DNA from: the human T2T-CHM13v2.0 reference genome, Homo sapiens
Assembly: GCF_009914755.1 (NCBI RefSeq)
Contig: NC_060943.1
Strand: one strand, 5' to 3'
Length of the DNA stretch: 64,000 nt
This document shows, one piece after another, positions 17,303 to 32,885 of this stretch. Both the position numbers and the translations under genes were made by a program. Below the pieces are notes generated by a model. That model made no database searches and had not been told where the DNA came from. It saw only the letters and a list, made by a program, of their open reading frames with translations. Every line of letters starts with the position of its first letter. The stretch's first letter is position 1.

Positions 17303-18304
17303 TTACTTTATTAATTCCATTTAAAATTATTTTGTAAACAATGAGTCATATGGGAGCACTTCTAAACAGTACCGAGTTTCATCTCATAAAATTTAGCATA
17401 AAACTCAAAAATCAATGTAACAGGATCTGAACACAGATATTCACTGTCACAAATTTACCCTGAAAAAAAAGAAACTGATGTTTTAATGAATCTATGTAAC
17501 TCACCAATTATCCACCACATTTTCTTGTGGAAATGTATTCATTTTCCAAAACTAAAATTGAGAGATTTTGCCTGGGAGCATTCTAAAAGCTAAGCCTTGA
17601 AATTCTGTTTGAAATCACTCAGCCATAAAAAAAACACACCTGAGAAAATTCCTAACTCACTCTGGGAAAAACAGTAAATGAGAATTTTTAACAAATTTTT
17701 GACAAATGAAATACATGATCAGACATTTTTTTCTGAAACCCACCTCTTTCATGACCTTTGTAAATATTTTTCTACCTTTCAAGCCCTACTAATATAATGC
17801 AATTTACAGCTAAAAAACTGAGGTCAAAATAAGTGACAAATATCTTCAAGGTGACAAACCCAGGTAGTGGCAGTGCTGATTAAATAACAGATGTGTCTGA
17901 CTCATGTTTCAAGTCAGGTCATTCAATCACTGGAGAGATTCTTCCACCCACTCCTGCTCACTTATGTGCTCAAGAACCACCCACTCAGAAGACACTGCAT
18001 TATGCCCCAGTGACTGCCCCAGGTGCATTTTACTTTGCAAGCTCTTACACCATCTCACTGGGGTCAGTTCTGTTGTTGTTTGTCTTTTGGAATACTTTTT
18101 GGTAACAAAATTTTCACTTTTTTTTCCAATATTTTTCTTTATATTTATTTCACTATTTTTCTGCCCCCCTTAGATGATCCAGGGAGCAGAAATTATTTTT
18201 GTGTTTCCCCTCAATACCAGCATCTGATTGGCTGACCAGCAACGTGTCTCCAAGAAATGAAAGCTGGGTTGGGTGAAGACAATTTTAATGTCTCAAGGGG
18301 TTAC

Positions 18305-18397
18305 CTTTTCAAAATAAGACTGCACCAGAAGACTCCTCTCAGCCCCAGGGCATCCACTTGCTCCCTTGAGAGGACACATTCCATACCTCGGGTCATC
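18305..18397 (-). CDS. ZNF100: ZNF100 coding exon 2 (93 nt, [31 protein letters not shown])
   Basis: Acceptor ttttctcccgtag, donor AAG|gtaa, phase 0/0, open frame; translation matches the recalled ZNF100 N-terminus preceding the KRAB A box. Confidence 0.92.
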
Positions 18398-18949
18398 CTA
18401 CGGGAGAAAATAAACCAGAAGCTGACATTCACTAGGCACTTTAGCTGACAGAACCATGGCGGATATCTCGGTTTATCCACAGATAGTACTGAAACCCAGG
18501 ACCAGGAAAAAACTAAAGGGTGGCTGAGGACACATCACCCCATAGATTTTTCCAAACCAAAACCTTGACCCAAAAACATTCTGATAAATCTCTGTGCCTA
18601 GAGAAGGTAAAAGGAAAAGAGACACAGAGATTTTCTACAATACAGTGTCAGAGGATTAGTCTTTGTTTCCTTTTCGTGGGAAATATTTACAAGCGGATAA
18701 CACATCTTCTTAAAAGCGCCATTTAATGCTTTGTCAAAAACAATTAATTAAAATATGGTATAAACAAGTACACTAAAGGACAAATAGGTGATAATGTGAA
18801 TTAGGAAGGAAAAGTTGACATTTGGGAACGCCAGAAGAAATTGGAAATTTAGTATCTTACTGCAAGCCAGAGTGAGGCTGGAGAAATGGGGGACGGGGGT
18901 TAGACTTAACAACCTGCTTGGGACACAGGTGAAAAATGCAGCAGAAAAT

Positions 18950-19625
<676 letters not shown>

Positions 19626-19689
19626 TTAATATTTGTGCAGTGACTCCCATACATTTTTAATAGGAGAAAAGAGGAACTGGGAAAGCCAC

Positions 19690-20310
19690 GGACCAAAGAT
19701 CTTCCCATTCATGAACCCGCACCCCGAGTCAGGATTTTCCCCTGACGACCCTCCCGTGGTCCCTGCACAATCTGAGAGAGACGCGGCGCTGCGGGTGCAG
19801 AGCTGCCAAGAGAGGGCTCCAGGCCAAGGCACAGTCACTACGCAGGGAAGAGAAAGGACGCCTGGGGTCCTGGCTGTCAGCGCAGCCGCCATCTTATGGC
19901 CGAAGGGGACGGAGGCCGAGCTGGGCAAGGCGCAGATTGTGAAGCTGACTGCGGAGAGGCCTGAGTCCCGCCACAGCTACTTCCCACCAGTTCCAACCAG
20001 CCCTTTCGCCGTCTCTCGGGATGTCGGACCGGGCACTCTCACCATTTCTAGGCTTCTAGGGGGTCCTGGCGTCTTAGCTGTGGATCTCCCAATATCTGCA
20101 GGTCAGAGGGCCACACAGGCTAGGCCCCTAGGAGCAGAAGACACAGAGAAGTGAGAGCAAAACCTGGAGCTCCGGCTACAGCGAGAGACAAAGACCCCGC
20201 CAAACCCGGAAGCCGCCCAGTCCGCTCCAGCTGCATGCCTGATTGGACGGTTTCCAGCCCAGCGTCCCTGGTTGGATAATGCTTAAATCCCCGCCCTGTC
20301 AGGCTTTGAG
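19690..20310 (-). promoter_or_regulatory. ZNF100: ZNF100 CpG-island promoter and exon 1 (5'UTR approx 20046-20240)
   Basis: CpG-rich; ETS motif CCGGAAG 20206-20212, CCAAT (minus strand) 20242-20246, GC box near 20290, YY1 motif AAGATGGCGGC (minus) 19885-19895; 5'UTR typical of the ZNF91 subfamily. TSS position inferred. Confidence 0.85.
20043..20045 (-). CDS. ZNF100: ZNF100 start codon at the end of exon 1
   Basis: ...agcctagaaATG|gtgaga, the usual exon-1 end in this subfamily; joins exon 2 in frame to give MDDPRY. Confidence 0.9.
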
Positions 20311-20594
20311 TGACAGAAGATGTGATCAGATGCGGGTTCAATGAAGAAAGAGTGACAGCCTAGACTGCCCCCTCTTCTGACAGGGCTTCCTCCCTCAGCT
20401 GAGCTAGGCCCATCCCAGAGAGTATTTGCCTTTAAATTTGTGTATAAGGTCATATGTATAAATAAATAATACATTATATAGCTATACACAAGTGAAAAGA
20501 ATATAACAATTATTTTAAAATTTCAGCTTTTATGACCTTCCTGGCTTCTGGCCCTTTGAGCAGGCAGCCTGAGATTTTAGAAAAGAGAAAATCA

Positions 20595-20890
20595 TCTAAA
20601 ATGAATGTAAGCCACATGTGGATTTGAAATTTTCTAGTAGCCAAACTTTAAAAAGAAACAAGTTGAACTGATTGTTAACAATGTAATTCACCCATTATAT
20701 TCAAAATATTATCATTTTAATGTGTGAGAAATATGTAATTATTGATAAAATATATAAATATTTGGAACTAAATCTTTGAAGCTGACTTTGTATTTTACCT
20801 TTCTAGCATATCGCATTTCAGACCAGGCACATTGTGGGAACCCAGTAGCCACACATGGACAATAGCTGTCACATTGAAGTGCAGCTCTGA
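20595..20890. mobile_element. MER33-like hAT DNA transposon remnant
   Basis: aaattttctagtagcca...cccagtagccacacatgg...cattg motifs. Confidence 0.65.
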
Positions 20891-21461
20891 TGTCAGCGGT
20901 GTGAAGGGCCTGAACATCTCTTTCCTGCGAGAGTGAAAGAAGAGACTCTCCCTACAAACATCTCTCTTTGGTTCCTAGGGTGGACCAGATAGTTCCCATA
21001 GAAAGAGCTGAGGGCAGTAGGAATAAAATAGCCACAGGTAATAAACAACTGCTGGCCACCTGTTGCCCACCTTTCTTTTAGAGACCAGATAGTGAACAAA
21101 GGATGATGGGGCCACAGGAGAAAAAACAACTATGTCTTCAGTTCTGTCCACACACTTGAACTCCAGTATTTAGAGATGGAGAAAATAGATTAAAAACAAA
21201 CATAGTTTGCTATATGGTCTTGGCCCTAACGATCAGGCTGTGTTTATCTGTTTTCTCCTGTGGTGTGGGGGACTATGTGAGTCTAAGCACCAATCACACG
21301 CATACATGTCTACAGGTATTTCTGCATTACCCAAAATTCTCTTACAAAACATCGAACTTTAAATCAGGGGAAGAAATCAGTACCTAGAGGGTGTTCACTG
21401 TTAGAAGCCAACTCTTAGTCAACCTGTCTCTGAATCCTGGCAACTTATCTGTACTGGGTGC

Positions 21462-21970
21462 ATGTATTAGTTAGCTATTGAGGCATAACAAATCATCCAA
21501 AACTTATTAGTTTATAATTGAAATGGTTGGCCATTTAGGCCGAGCTGAGTGGGGCCATTCTTCTGGTCTCAGCTGAGCTCCTTCAGACATGTATCATCAC
21601 CTGCTTTTTGACTAGACAGCTGTGCATCTGGGGGTGAGCTTCTGCTCCTGGGTCTGTCAACAGGGGCACCTTGCTTCTCCTCCTCATGGTATCTTATTTT
21701 CCAGCTGGCTAACATGGGCATTATTCATGGAGATGGCAGCATTCTAAAAGAAAAAGAGAAGCAGTCAATACCATTTGAGCCTGGGCCCCAAACTGGCCCA
21801 CTGTCATGTTCACAGGTTTCTGTTGACCTGAGCAAATAAGGTCAGCCAGATATAGGGCTTTGAAAACAGATTCCAGATCTTGATGGAAACAGCTGTAAAA
21901 GCACCTGGTTATGGGCAAAGATACAAGAGGGATGAAAAAATGTCATTTTGCAATCAGTATCATTCTACCT
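21462..21970 (-). mobile_element. MLT1-like MaLR LTR remnant
   Basis: tgtattagttagctattg...cataacaaatcatccaaaactt and tcttgatggaaacagctg motifs. Confidence 0.55.
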
Positions 21971-22009
21971 TTTTTGCATATGTGGTATATAGAACTCTTC
22001 CACATCAGG

Positions 22010-22100
22010 AAACTTGTGCAAAGTCCTACGGCTACTAAGTGGCTGGGCTGAGACTCAGGATCAACTTTATCTGACTCCAAAGCCCATGCACCTCCATAGA
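22010..22100 (+). mobile_element. MIR fragment
   Basis: acttgtgcaaagtcc...ctaagtggc...tctgactccaaagcccatgc. Confidence 0.55.
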
Positions 22101-22244
22101 TGACACTACTAAAGTAGCTGCCCTGCCCTAGACTATTGAAATCCTGGAGAGTGACACTTCCATAGTAGAAGTCAGATTCCTTTTAGATTTGTGCTCATAG
22201 AGTACTTTTTATCATTGGGAATAATCCTCACAAAAATTGCAGAA

Positions 22245-22555
22245 GCACACGGTGGCTCTCACCTGTATTTTTAGTACTTTGGGAGGCTGATATGGGAGAT
22301 TTATGTGAGCTTAGGAGTTCCAATGCAGCCTGATCAACATAATAAGATTCTGTTTCCATGACAAAAATGAAGAAATTAGCCACCCATGGTGGTGCATGCC
22401 TATAGTCCCAGATACTTAGGTGGCCGAGGCAGGAGGATTGCTTAAGCCTGGAAAGTCAAGTCTGCAGTGAGCTATGAGTAGTTACACCACTGCAATCAAG
22501 ACTGGGTGACAGAGTGAGTCCCTGTCTCAAAAAAAAAAAAAGAAAGAAAAAAATT
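22245..22555 (+). mobile_element. AluJ-like
   Basis: Diverged Alu. Confidence 0.88.
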
Positions 22556-22672
22556 GGAGAAGCATTTTGAAAAGATATAAAATAATTTGGGGAAATAACT
22601 GAAGGATGAGTTTAGAAAATCAAAGACCAACAACACATTATTTATTTTTCATCATAGAAAATAGTTGAAATC

Positions 22673-23365
22673 CATTAAAAGGAAAAATCTTTAGAGAAAT
22701 TAATAAATTTTTTAAATTTATTTTTTATTTTTGAGATGGAGTCTCGCTCTGTCACCCAGGCTGGAGCACAGCAGTGCGATCTTGGCTCACTGCAACCTCG
22801 GCCTCCCCAGTTCAAGCGATTCTCCTGCCTCAGCCTTCTGAGTACCTGGATTATAGGCATCCGCCACCACGACCAGCTAATTTTTGTATTTTTAGTAGAG
22901 ACGGGGTTTTACCATGTTGGTCAGGCTGCTCTCGAATTCCTGACCTCGTGATCTGCCCACCTTGTCCTCCCAAAGTGCTGGGATTACAGGTGTGAGCAGC
23001 AGAGTCCAATTGAGCATGGAATGATTTGCAGATTGGGTAGCCTGTGGATCCAGAGTAGGCGCAGAGAGACTCTAGCACAGCCACATGATGAAAACAGATT
23101 GATAGACAGCAAAAGCAAAGTGACATACAGAAAATGAAAGTGAGGTACAGAAACAGCCAGATTGATTACAGGTTGGGATTTGCCTTATTTAATCATGATT
23201 TGAACACTTGATGTTCTTTTATTGGCAGAAGCACAGTGGTTGGTACAATAATGGGTTACAGTCTATTTATATATCCAGTTAGGTTTCAGTTTACTATGTA
23301 CAAAAAAACCTAGTGACCAAAGTTAAACAGGAAAGGGTGCAGCTTTAGAGATAATTAATTTAACA
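22673..23365 (-). mobile_element. MER57B-like 3' LTR, interrupted by an antisense Alu (22712-23000)
   Basis: Minus strand begins TGTTAAATTAA..AAAGCTGC after PPT aagggagaaat; typical gaagtgaggtacagaaacagc..gattg.ttacaggttgg core. Confidence 0.75.
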
Positions 23366-24371
23366 ATTTCTCCCTTTTGGTCACGTTCTCAATTTTGAGA
23401 GATAGACCAAAACTTTAGACATTGATATTACTCTGTCACCATCAAAAGTGTACTTATTTAGTCTCAAATCCCACTATGAAATAGCAGAACTGTGGGTTTT
23501 AAAAGTGGAAACAAGGACTTCACGTTATTTGTTTTTTAGGGTTGCAGTAGAGGGGACCATCTTGTATCGAAATCTGCTGTTTCCAAAATAAAAATAAAAC
23601 CTACCCTGTTTTAAGATCTACCTATTTACTTAAATTTTTAATTTGATTATTTCACATGTAGCATGAGTGACTCCATTTACTTTGATTTGGTCTGTTTGGG
23701 CCTAGTGCACAAGGTCAGTCCAGAATAATGGCCTCCAATAATTTTGTTTAAAAATTTTCCACCTTTTGGTTAAGTTCTCAAATAGGTCAGAGTGTGACTA
23801 AAACTCAGGGTCTTAGTGTCACTCTCAGTTTCTATTATTTTTGGTTTTTGTTTTTATCAGTTCATTCATAGGTTATGGTGTCCTCATGGTCACGTATGTA
23901 TTTGACTTTTTGTGGTTCCAGTTAAAGAGAGACTATTTCACATTCTAGAGATAACTGCATGCAAACTTCAATAACTTTTGAGAGAATACAGTGCAGTAGG
24001 GAGACTACTATTTTGACTATCTGGGGGTAATAACCAAAAGTTTCAAGTATGCTTTTTAGTCAGGGTCCCATGAACCCACCAACTAAAATTAAATAGATCA
24101 AATAATTAGCTACATAAATGTTCTCCTCATTTCAAACAAGCAGCCTATTCACTAATCTCCTACAACTGAATCTCTGTAATACCTGGTGAATTTCTCTATG
24201 TGCAACTATAAGTATTAGCAACTTCACAGATACTTCTCTGTTTATCCAGTAAATAATCTAGAGAAATTCTATTATTTACCACAATTTTACTAAGAAAAAT
24301 TAAAGTCTATTGTGTAACCATAGCCTTTACAATAGAATTTGCTATAGAGCCCTATTATGGGGAATAAATTT

Positions 24372-24670
24372 CTTTTTTTCTTTTTTTTTTCCGAGACAGA
24401 GTCTCACTCTGTTGCCCAGGCTGGAGTGCAGTGGCATGATCTCAGCTCACTGCAACCTCTGCCTCCAGGTTCAAGCGATTCTTCTGCCTCAGCCTCCCCA
24501 GTAGCTGGCATTACAGGCACACGCCACCACGCCCTACTAATTTTTGTATTTTTAGTAGAGATGGGGTTTCACCATGTCGGCCAGGCTGGTCTCAAACTCC
24601 TGACCTGGTGATCTGCCTGCCTCGGCCTCCCAAAGTGCTGAGATTACAGGCATGAGACACTGCGCCAGCA
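24372..24670 (-). mobile_element. Alu
   Basis: Antisense Alu; gggaataaattt on both flanks. Confidence 0.95.
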
Positions 24671-24893
24671 TAGGGAATAAATTTTTAACCATTGCCTCAT
24701 TTACTCTAAACCATGGGGGAAAAAAAGACCTAACAAGTGATACCCATTAAGAAGAGTACTGGCCTCCTGGCAACACTCTGTAATCTATTCTGAATAAGTT
24801 CTCTTTAACTTATAAGGTAGGTTAAGAGCAGTGGACAAATATTCCATTTTTGATATTATGAGGCAACAGATGTCCTATTAAAAATTCTCACCA

Positions 24894-25217
<324 letters not shown>

Positions 25218-26043
25218 CTATCAAGGCATAAGTTTGCCCATATAGAAGGTTGGCTGCAAAATCATTTTCATGTAAAAGTGTAGCTCATGAAGGCACACAA
25301 GTGACCCCTTTTTTATTTCTGTCATTTGGAGAGCCATAAGAAAAAAACAGTGGACTAAGAGTGTCGTAATAGCAGAGATGTCTTTCTTGATTTTTTTATC
25401 TTGTTAAAAAAAAAGCTATCTATGTTAATGTTACCATCTGCTTTTGAGGAGAAGCTTCCCTGCTTAGCTTTACTTTAAGATCTCCAATGGGTATACAATT
25501 GCAAGTTTGGAGGGGCCCTTCTGAGTCATGAGATTATCAAACCAAGGTTTAAAGTCCTGAAGTCTTGCTGCAGTGTAGATGGCAGGCAGACTCAATCTCT
25601 CTGGTTTCTAAATTATAAAGGGTTTTATAGTATTCCATCAGTAAACCATTAAAAGCATTCTTTACCTAGTGAAAATATGCTTTGCCGTAATGCATTAAAG
25701 CTTTGCTGCATTTAGTCATATTAGACTTCAGTAGCAGAAGATACATGAGGTTCTTTTATCAGGTGCATAAGCCTTCCAATGACTATTTTACAATCGTCAA
25801 CACATTTTTTCACTCTCAGTTAACCTGATTGTCATCAATCTGCAACTACAAAAGCAATTCTGTCAATTTAGTTAACTTTGCTCAATATTACTGTTTCTGT
25901 AATACCTTATTTAACAGTTTTATAACATGTCTAGTAAAATAAGTATCCCTATTATTAGAGACTTTTTAAGAAATGTTTCACGAGCAAAACATATTTCCTA
26001 ATATTATTTTGGCTACTGTTATAACATCAAACTTTTTGCATGA

Positions 26044-26704
<661 letters not shown>

Positions 26705-27750
26705 AAAATTTCTTTACAAATGTTTAAATAGCCCATTGGGTAGCAGAAATGTACATGAAGTTTTGATTGTCTTCTCGGGATTCTGTTTGACAAAAAAAAA
26801 AAATTGGTCCTAACCTATTTTAGTAATTAGAATAATCACCAAACACACACACACACATACACACACACACACTCAATTTATATTTAACTTAATTTATTTT
26901 TTATCTCTTCTGTGATGAGTAATTAAATGCAGTGATTTTGATAGAGGAAACTTTAAGAACTCAGAAATAAACAAGTGGCTGTTGGCTGTCTAGGTTCTCC
27001 ATGAGTCCACACACAACATTAAATTTATGTCCTCTTCAATATCTGGTTTGTTTCTTCAATTCAGGTGCATAGCACTGATAACTGAGAAGTTATCATACAT
27101 AATTTGACTTGTACCACAGAGTTTATTCAAACGGCATATCTAAAACAATTTTAGTACTGGCTAATTTAGTATAAAAATGTGGTAGAGTATTTTCATGATG
27201 TTCAATTAATTTTTGTTTTGCCTGGATTAGTAGTTTCATAAGAGTCATTCTCTTCATTAGAATTCTCACAATTCTTACCCAGTCTAAACAGTTTGATTGT
27301 AAAATTATCAGAAACTTGTACTCAACTTGTCTGGGTCCTTTCCATCTTTTCATAAAACTATGCTAAAATTAATTCATTAACTGTGGAAATAACTTAAAAT
27401 AGTTATAAAGAAACAAATGAAAAAATTGATTTTATCTGTGTCCTACAATAACCTATCATAATAACCATAATTATGACTAATAGCATATACTCAGAAATTT
27501 CATACAATTTTCAAATAAATGCTAATAGCACTTATTAAAATATAAGTTGAAGGTCAGACATCATTTTTAATGTTATGATGCCTTCCATGTAACTTAACAT
27601 ATCAAATAATTCTGATGATTACTCTTCTGGATGTTGCATTAGCCCTCTGCAGCATCTAAAAGTTAAGGGTCAAAGAAAAGACAATTATTAAGCTGAAATT
27701 TCATTCTGGAAAACCTGTCAAATATGTCAAAGGGTTAAAACACTTGACCA

Positions 27751-29290
27751 GATATATAAAAATTGGCTCTCCCTCTCCCTCTCCCTCTCCCTCTCCATCA
27801 CCCTGTCCCTCTCCCCACGGCCTCCCTCTCCCTCTCTTTCCACGGTCTCCCTCTGATGCCGAGCCAAAGCTGGACTGTACTGCTGCCATCTCGGCTCACT
27901 GCAACCTCCCTGCCTGATTCTCCTGCCTCAGCCTGCCGAGTGCCTGCGATTGCAGGCGCGCGCCGCCACACCTGACTGTTTTTCATATTTTTTTGGTGGA
28001 GACGGGGTTTCGCTGTGTTGGCCGGGCTGGTCTCCAGCTCCTAACCGTGAGTGATCCGCCAGCCTCGGCCTCCCGAGGTGCCGGGATTGCAGACGGAGTC
28101 TCGTTCACTCAGTGCTCAATGGTGCCCAGGCTGGGGTGCAGTGGCATGATCTCGGCTCGCTACAACCTCCACCTCCCAGCCGCCTGCCTTGGCCTCCCAA
28201 AGTGCCGAGATTGCAGCCTCTACCCGGCCACCACCCCGTCTGGGAAGTGAGGAGCGTCTCTGCCTGGCCGCCCATCGTCTGGGATGTGAGGAGCCCCTCT
28301 GCCTGGCTGCCCAGTCTGGAAAGTGAGGAGCATCTCTGCCCGGCCGCCATCCTGTCTAGGAAGTGAGGAACGTCTCTGCCCGGCCGCCCATCGTCTGGGA
28401 TGAAGTGAGAAGCGTCTCTGCCCGGCTGCCCATCGTCTGAGATGTGGGGAGCGCCTCTGCCCCGCCGCCCCGTCTGGGATGTGAGGAGTGCCTCTGCCCG
28501 GCCGCGACCCCGTCTGGGAGGTGAGGAGCGTCTCTGCCCGGCCGCCCCGTCTGAGAAGTGAAGAGACCCTCCGCCCGGCAGCCGCCCCATCTGGGAAGTG
28601 AGGAGCGTCTCCGCCCAGCAGCCACCCCGTCCGGGAGGGAGGTGGGGGGGGTCAGCTCCCTGCCCGGCCAGCCGTGCCATCCAGGAGGTGAGGGGCACCT
28701 CTGCCCGGCCGCCCCTACTGGGAAGTGAGGAGCCCCTCTGCCCGGCCACCACCCCGTCTGGGAGGTGTACCCAACAGCTCATTGAGAACGGGCCATGATG
28801 ACAATGGCGGTTTTGTGGAATAGAAAAGGGGGAAAGGTGGGGAAAAGATTGAGAAATCGGATGGTTGCCGTGTCTGTGTAGAAAGAGGTAGACATGGGAG
28901 ACTTTTCATTTTGTTCTGTACTAAGAAAAATTCTTCTGCCTTGGGATCCTGTTGATCTATGACCTTACCCCCAACCCTGTGCTCTCTGAAACATGTGCTG
29001 TGTCACTCAGGGTTAAATGGATTAAGGGCGGTGCAAGATGTGCTTTGTTAAACAGATGCTTGAAGGCAGCAGGCTCGTTAAGAGTCATCACCACTCCCTA
29101 GTCTCAAGTACCCAGGGACACAAACACTGCGGAAGGCCGCAGGGTCCTCTGCCTAGGAAAACCAGAGACCTTTGTTCACTTGTTTATCTGCTGACCTTCC
29201 CTCCACTATTGTCCTATGACCCTGCCAAATCCCCCTCTGCGAGAAACACCCAAGAATGATCAATAAAGAAAAAAAAAAAAGAAAAAAAAA
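27751..29290 (+). mobile_element. Full-length SVA retrotransposon (SVA_D-like)
   Basis: (CCCTCT)n from 27767, antisense Alu-like domain, GC-rich VNTR approx 28215-28760, SINE-R, AATAAA and poly(A); TSD aaaacacttgacca at 27737-27750 and 29291-29304. Confidence 0.97.
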
Positions 29291-29394
29291 AAAACACTTG
29301 ACCAAAATAGAACCACAAGTTCTCATAAAATAATAGTCACTTATTTAGCCAAAGTGATAATTAAAAGATTAAAAAAAAAACCACCAAAATCTTG

Positions 29395-29680
29395 GGCTGG
29401 GTGCAGTGGTTCATGCCTGTAATCCCAGCACTTTGGGAGGCCAAGGCAGGTGGACCACAAGGTCAGGAGTTTGAGACCAGCCTGGCCAATATGGTGAAAC
29501 CCCATCTCTACTAAAAATACCACAATTAGCCAGGAGTGGTGGTGGGTGCCTGTAATCCCAGCTACTTGGGAGGCTGAGGCAGGAAAATCGCTTGAACCTG
29601 GGAGGTGGAGATTGCACCACTGCACTCCAGCGTGGGTGACAGAGTGAGACTCCCGCCTCAGAAAAAAATAAAATAAATAA
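29395..29680 (+). mobile_element. Alu
   Basis: Alu consensus. Confidence 0.95.
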
Positions 29681-31703
29681 TCTTTTATTGTTTGATACAG
29701 GAGATTCAGTTTTTCAATCAAAAGACCTGAAAAAGCCAGCATGAGAAAAGTCCTATTTTTTCTGTTTTTCCTTTTCAATTTATTCAGAAGATGAACAAAA
29801 ATATTTTCCTGTGTCATATTAATAATACATACACTTTTTGTTCAGGATTAAATCAGCTTTTACATTTTTGGAGCCTCTGATGTTAAATCCTTGATGGCAA
29901 AAGGAGATTGATCTGACTCAAACATGGACCTCTGTGGTTCCTCTTTCTACAATAAACATGAGTCTCAAAAAGAGGCCACAAATAGGTCAAAGTCTCCTAA
30001 AACACAAACTTAAAACTTTTACAGTAATAATAACATCACTATTGAAACATGCAAACAACCACAAAAGATACAAGTATAAGACATTTATAGGATAGCCTCA
30101 AATATAGTATCTGAAAATATTACAGAAGGCATGGAAATTTTAATTAAAAATAAAAATTCTTTATTTTAAAGTTACAAAAATGTGAAATCTTATCATTATG
30201 AATAAATCCACAGTCAGAATGGTGGCATGAAGACCCCAGGGCACAGCTGCTATATTTGGAAGTTTAGTCCTGTGCCTTTGAAGACCTCCCAAAACCCTTG
30301 CCCAAAATTGCAGCCAAGAGCGCCTTCCAGGGAGCACATAAGAACCCCCACAATCCCAGATGCTAGCTTGGAAACAGGACCCTGTTCCTGGAAAAAGAAG
30401 CTGCCTGTAGAAACATGGGGAGCTGCTGAAATCCTGACCCTTACACTATTTCCTCTGCCTGATCTCATTGCAGGTGGCCATGTTCCCCTGGCAGTGGCAG
30501 CAGCAGGCTCCAGGCTGGGCAAAGGGTGGGAGCAGGCAAAAGATGTGCGTACAGCCCTCACGATGAGTGGGTACTGTTAGTGGCATTTCTGGGGCAGAGC
30601 CTGGCCCCATGGGAAACTTCAGCAAACTCAAGGGTCTGTGTCCTGCATAACCTGCTGTGTTCCCTTGTGGCTCCCCCCATATCAGGGACCAGCAGCAGCC
30701 ATGGGCCTGCTGGCTGAGGCCCCACTGGCTACCCCTTCACTGCCTTCATTTATTCCAGCCTCTTAGAGCTTCAGGGCTGAAGAAAGTGGATGTGGCAAAT
30801 GCTACGTGGTACAGTATACATTATTTACTCTCTGCTTTCTTATAAAAAGTTTAACAATACCTGTTCTTGAGAAGTCATTAAAAAAAAACCCTCTATATTC
30901 TTAGAGTTATATTTAATAAAGTAAATTTTTAAAAAATGTTTCACTTGAAATAAACTTTTTTGGGTAAAGGTAAAACTGTGTCCACTACTCTCAGTCATCT
31001 TGGTTAGAATAAACCCTGAGACACCAAGCATCCAATTATTAATGCCCTGGAAATGGGAATCCACCTGCTGCCTTTTTTTCTGTAACAAATATCAAATTAG
31101 TTCAACTAGAATATGTCACTCATTAAAATTAGCATCAAACTAGACCATCTGACAGAGATTTTTTCCTGCCTTAAAATGGGGTATCTTAAGCTATAAAAAC
31201 ATATACTTTGAATCTTGGTTTGTAGACATCCCTCGTGACTATGGCAGTGTTTCTGATCAAGGGAGCCTCCACGGGAATGCAACCCTAAGTGGTTCTTTAA
31301 CTCTCCCACAGCTGGTTATTTAGAATCCTCACATTTTGGGTAAATACCGTAATTTTAGGCTCATTGAAATTTAAACTCTTGAATCTTTTCAGTGCCAGAC
31401 TTTGTATCTATATTTTACGAACTTTAGTCCTTTTACTCTGGGCATTTACAAGCAGGCAAATTTTGTCAGAGAAAAAACAGCCATATTTTAGCTAAATACA
31501 CATTGTCAACATGGCAAACAGCAAAAGGCTTACTTTTAAGGTATTTTGGTGTGACTTGCTTAGTGAATCTAATAAAATAGAAGCCTATCTAAGTAATGAA
31601 TTCAGGGGTAGTTCAACCAGAATTTTTATATATGTACAAATGTTTCTGGTAAAGCAAAGATATTTTAGAGTAACTTACAGACATTTAAGAATATTGGGCT
31701 TGA

Positions 31704-32885
<1,182 letters not shown>

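Noticed and set aside
18385-18397. Internal donor AG|GTATGG in ZNF100 exon 2
   Set aside because: Would give an 11-nt frameshifting exon; no support
19633-20154. 173-aa plus-strand ORF over the ZNF100 promoter
   Set aside because: GC-rich, stop-poor antisense sequence; non-ATG start; no recognisable domain
28105-28782. 225-aa ORF with repeats, and a repeat array superficially like CRISPR
   Set aside because: SVA VNTR; tandem units without unique spacers; eukaryotic context
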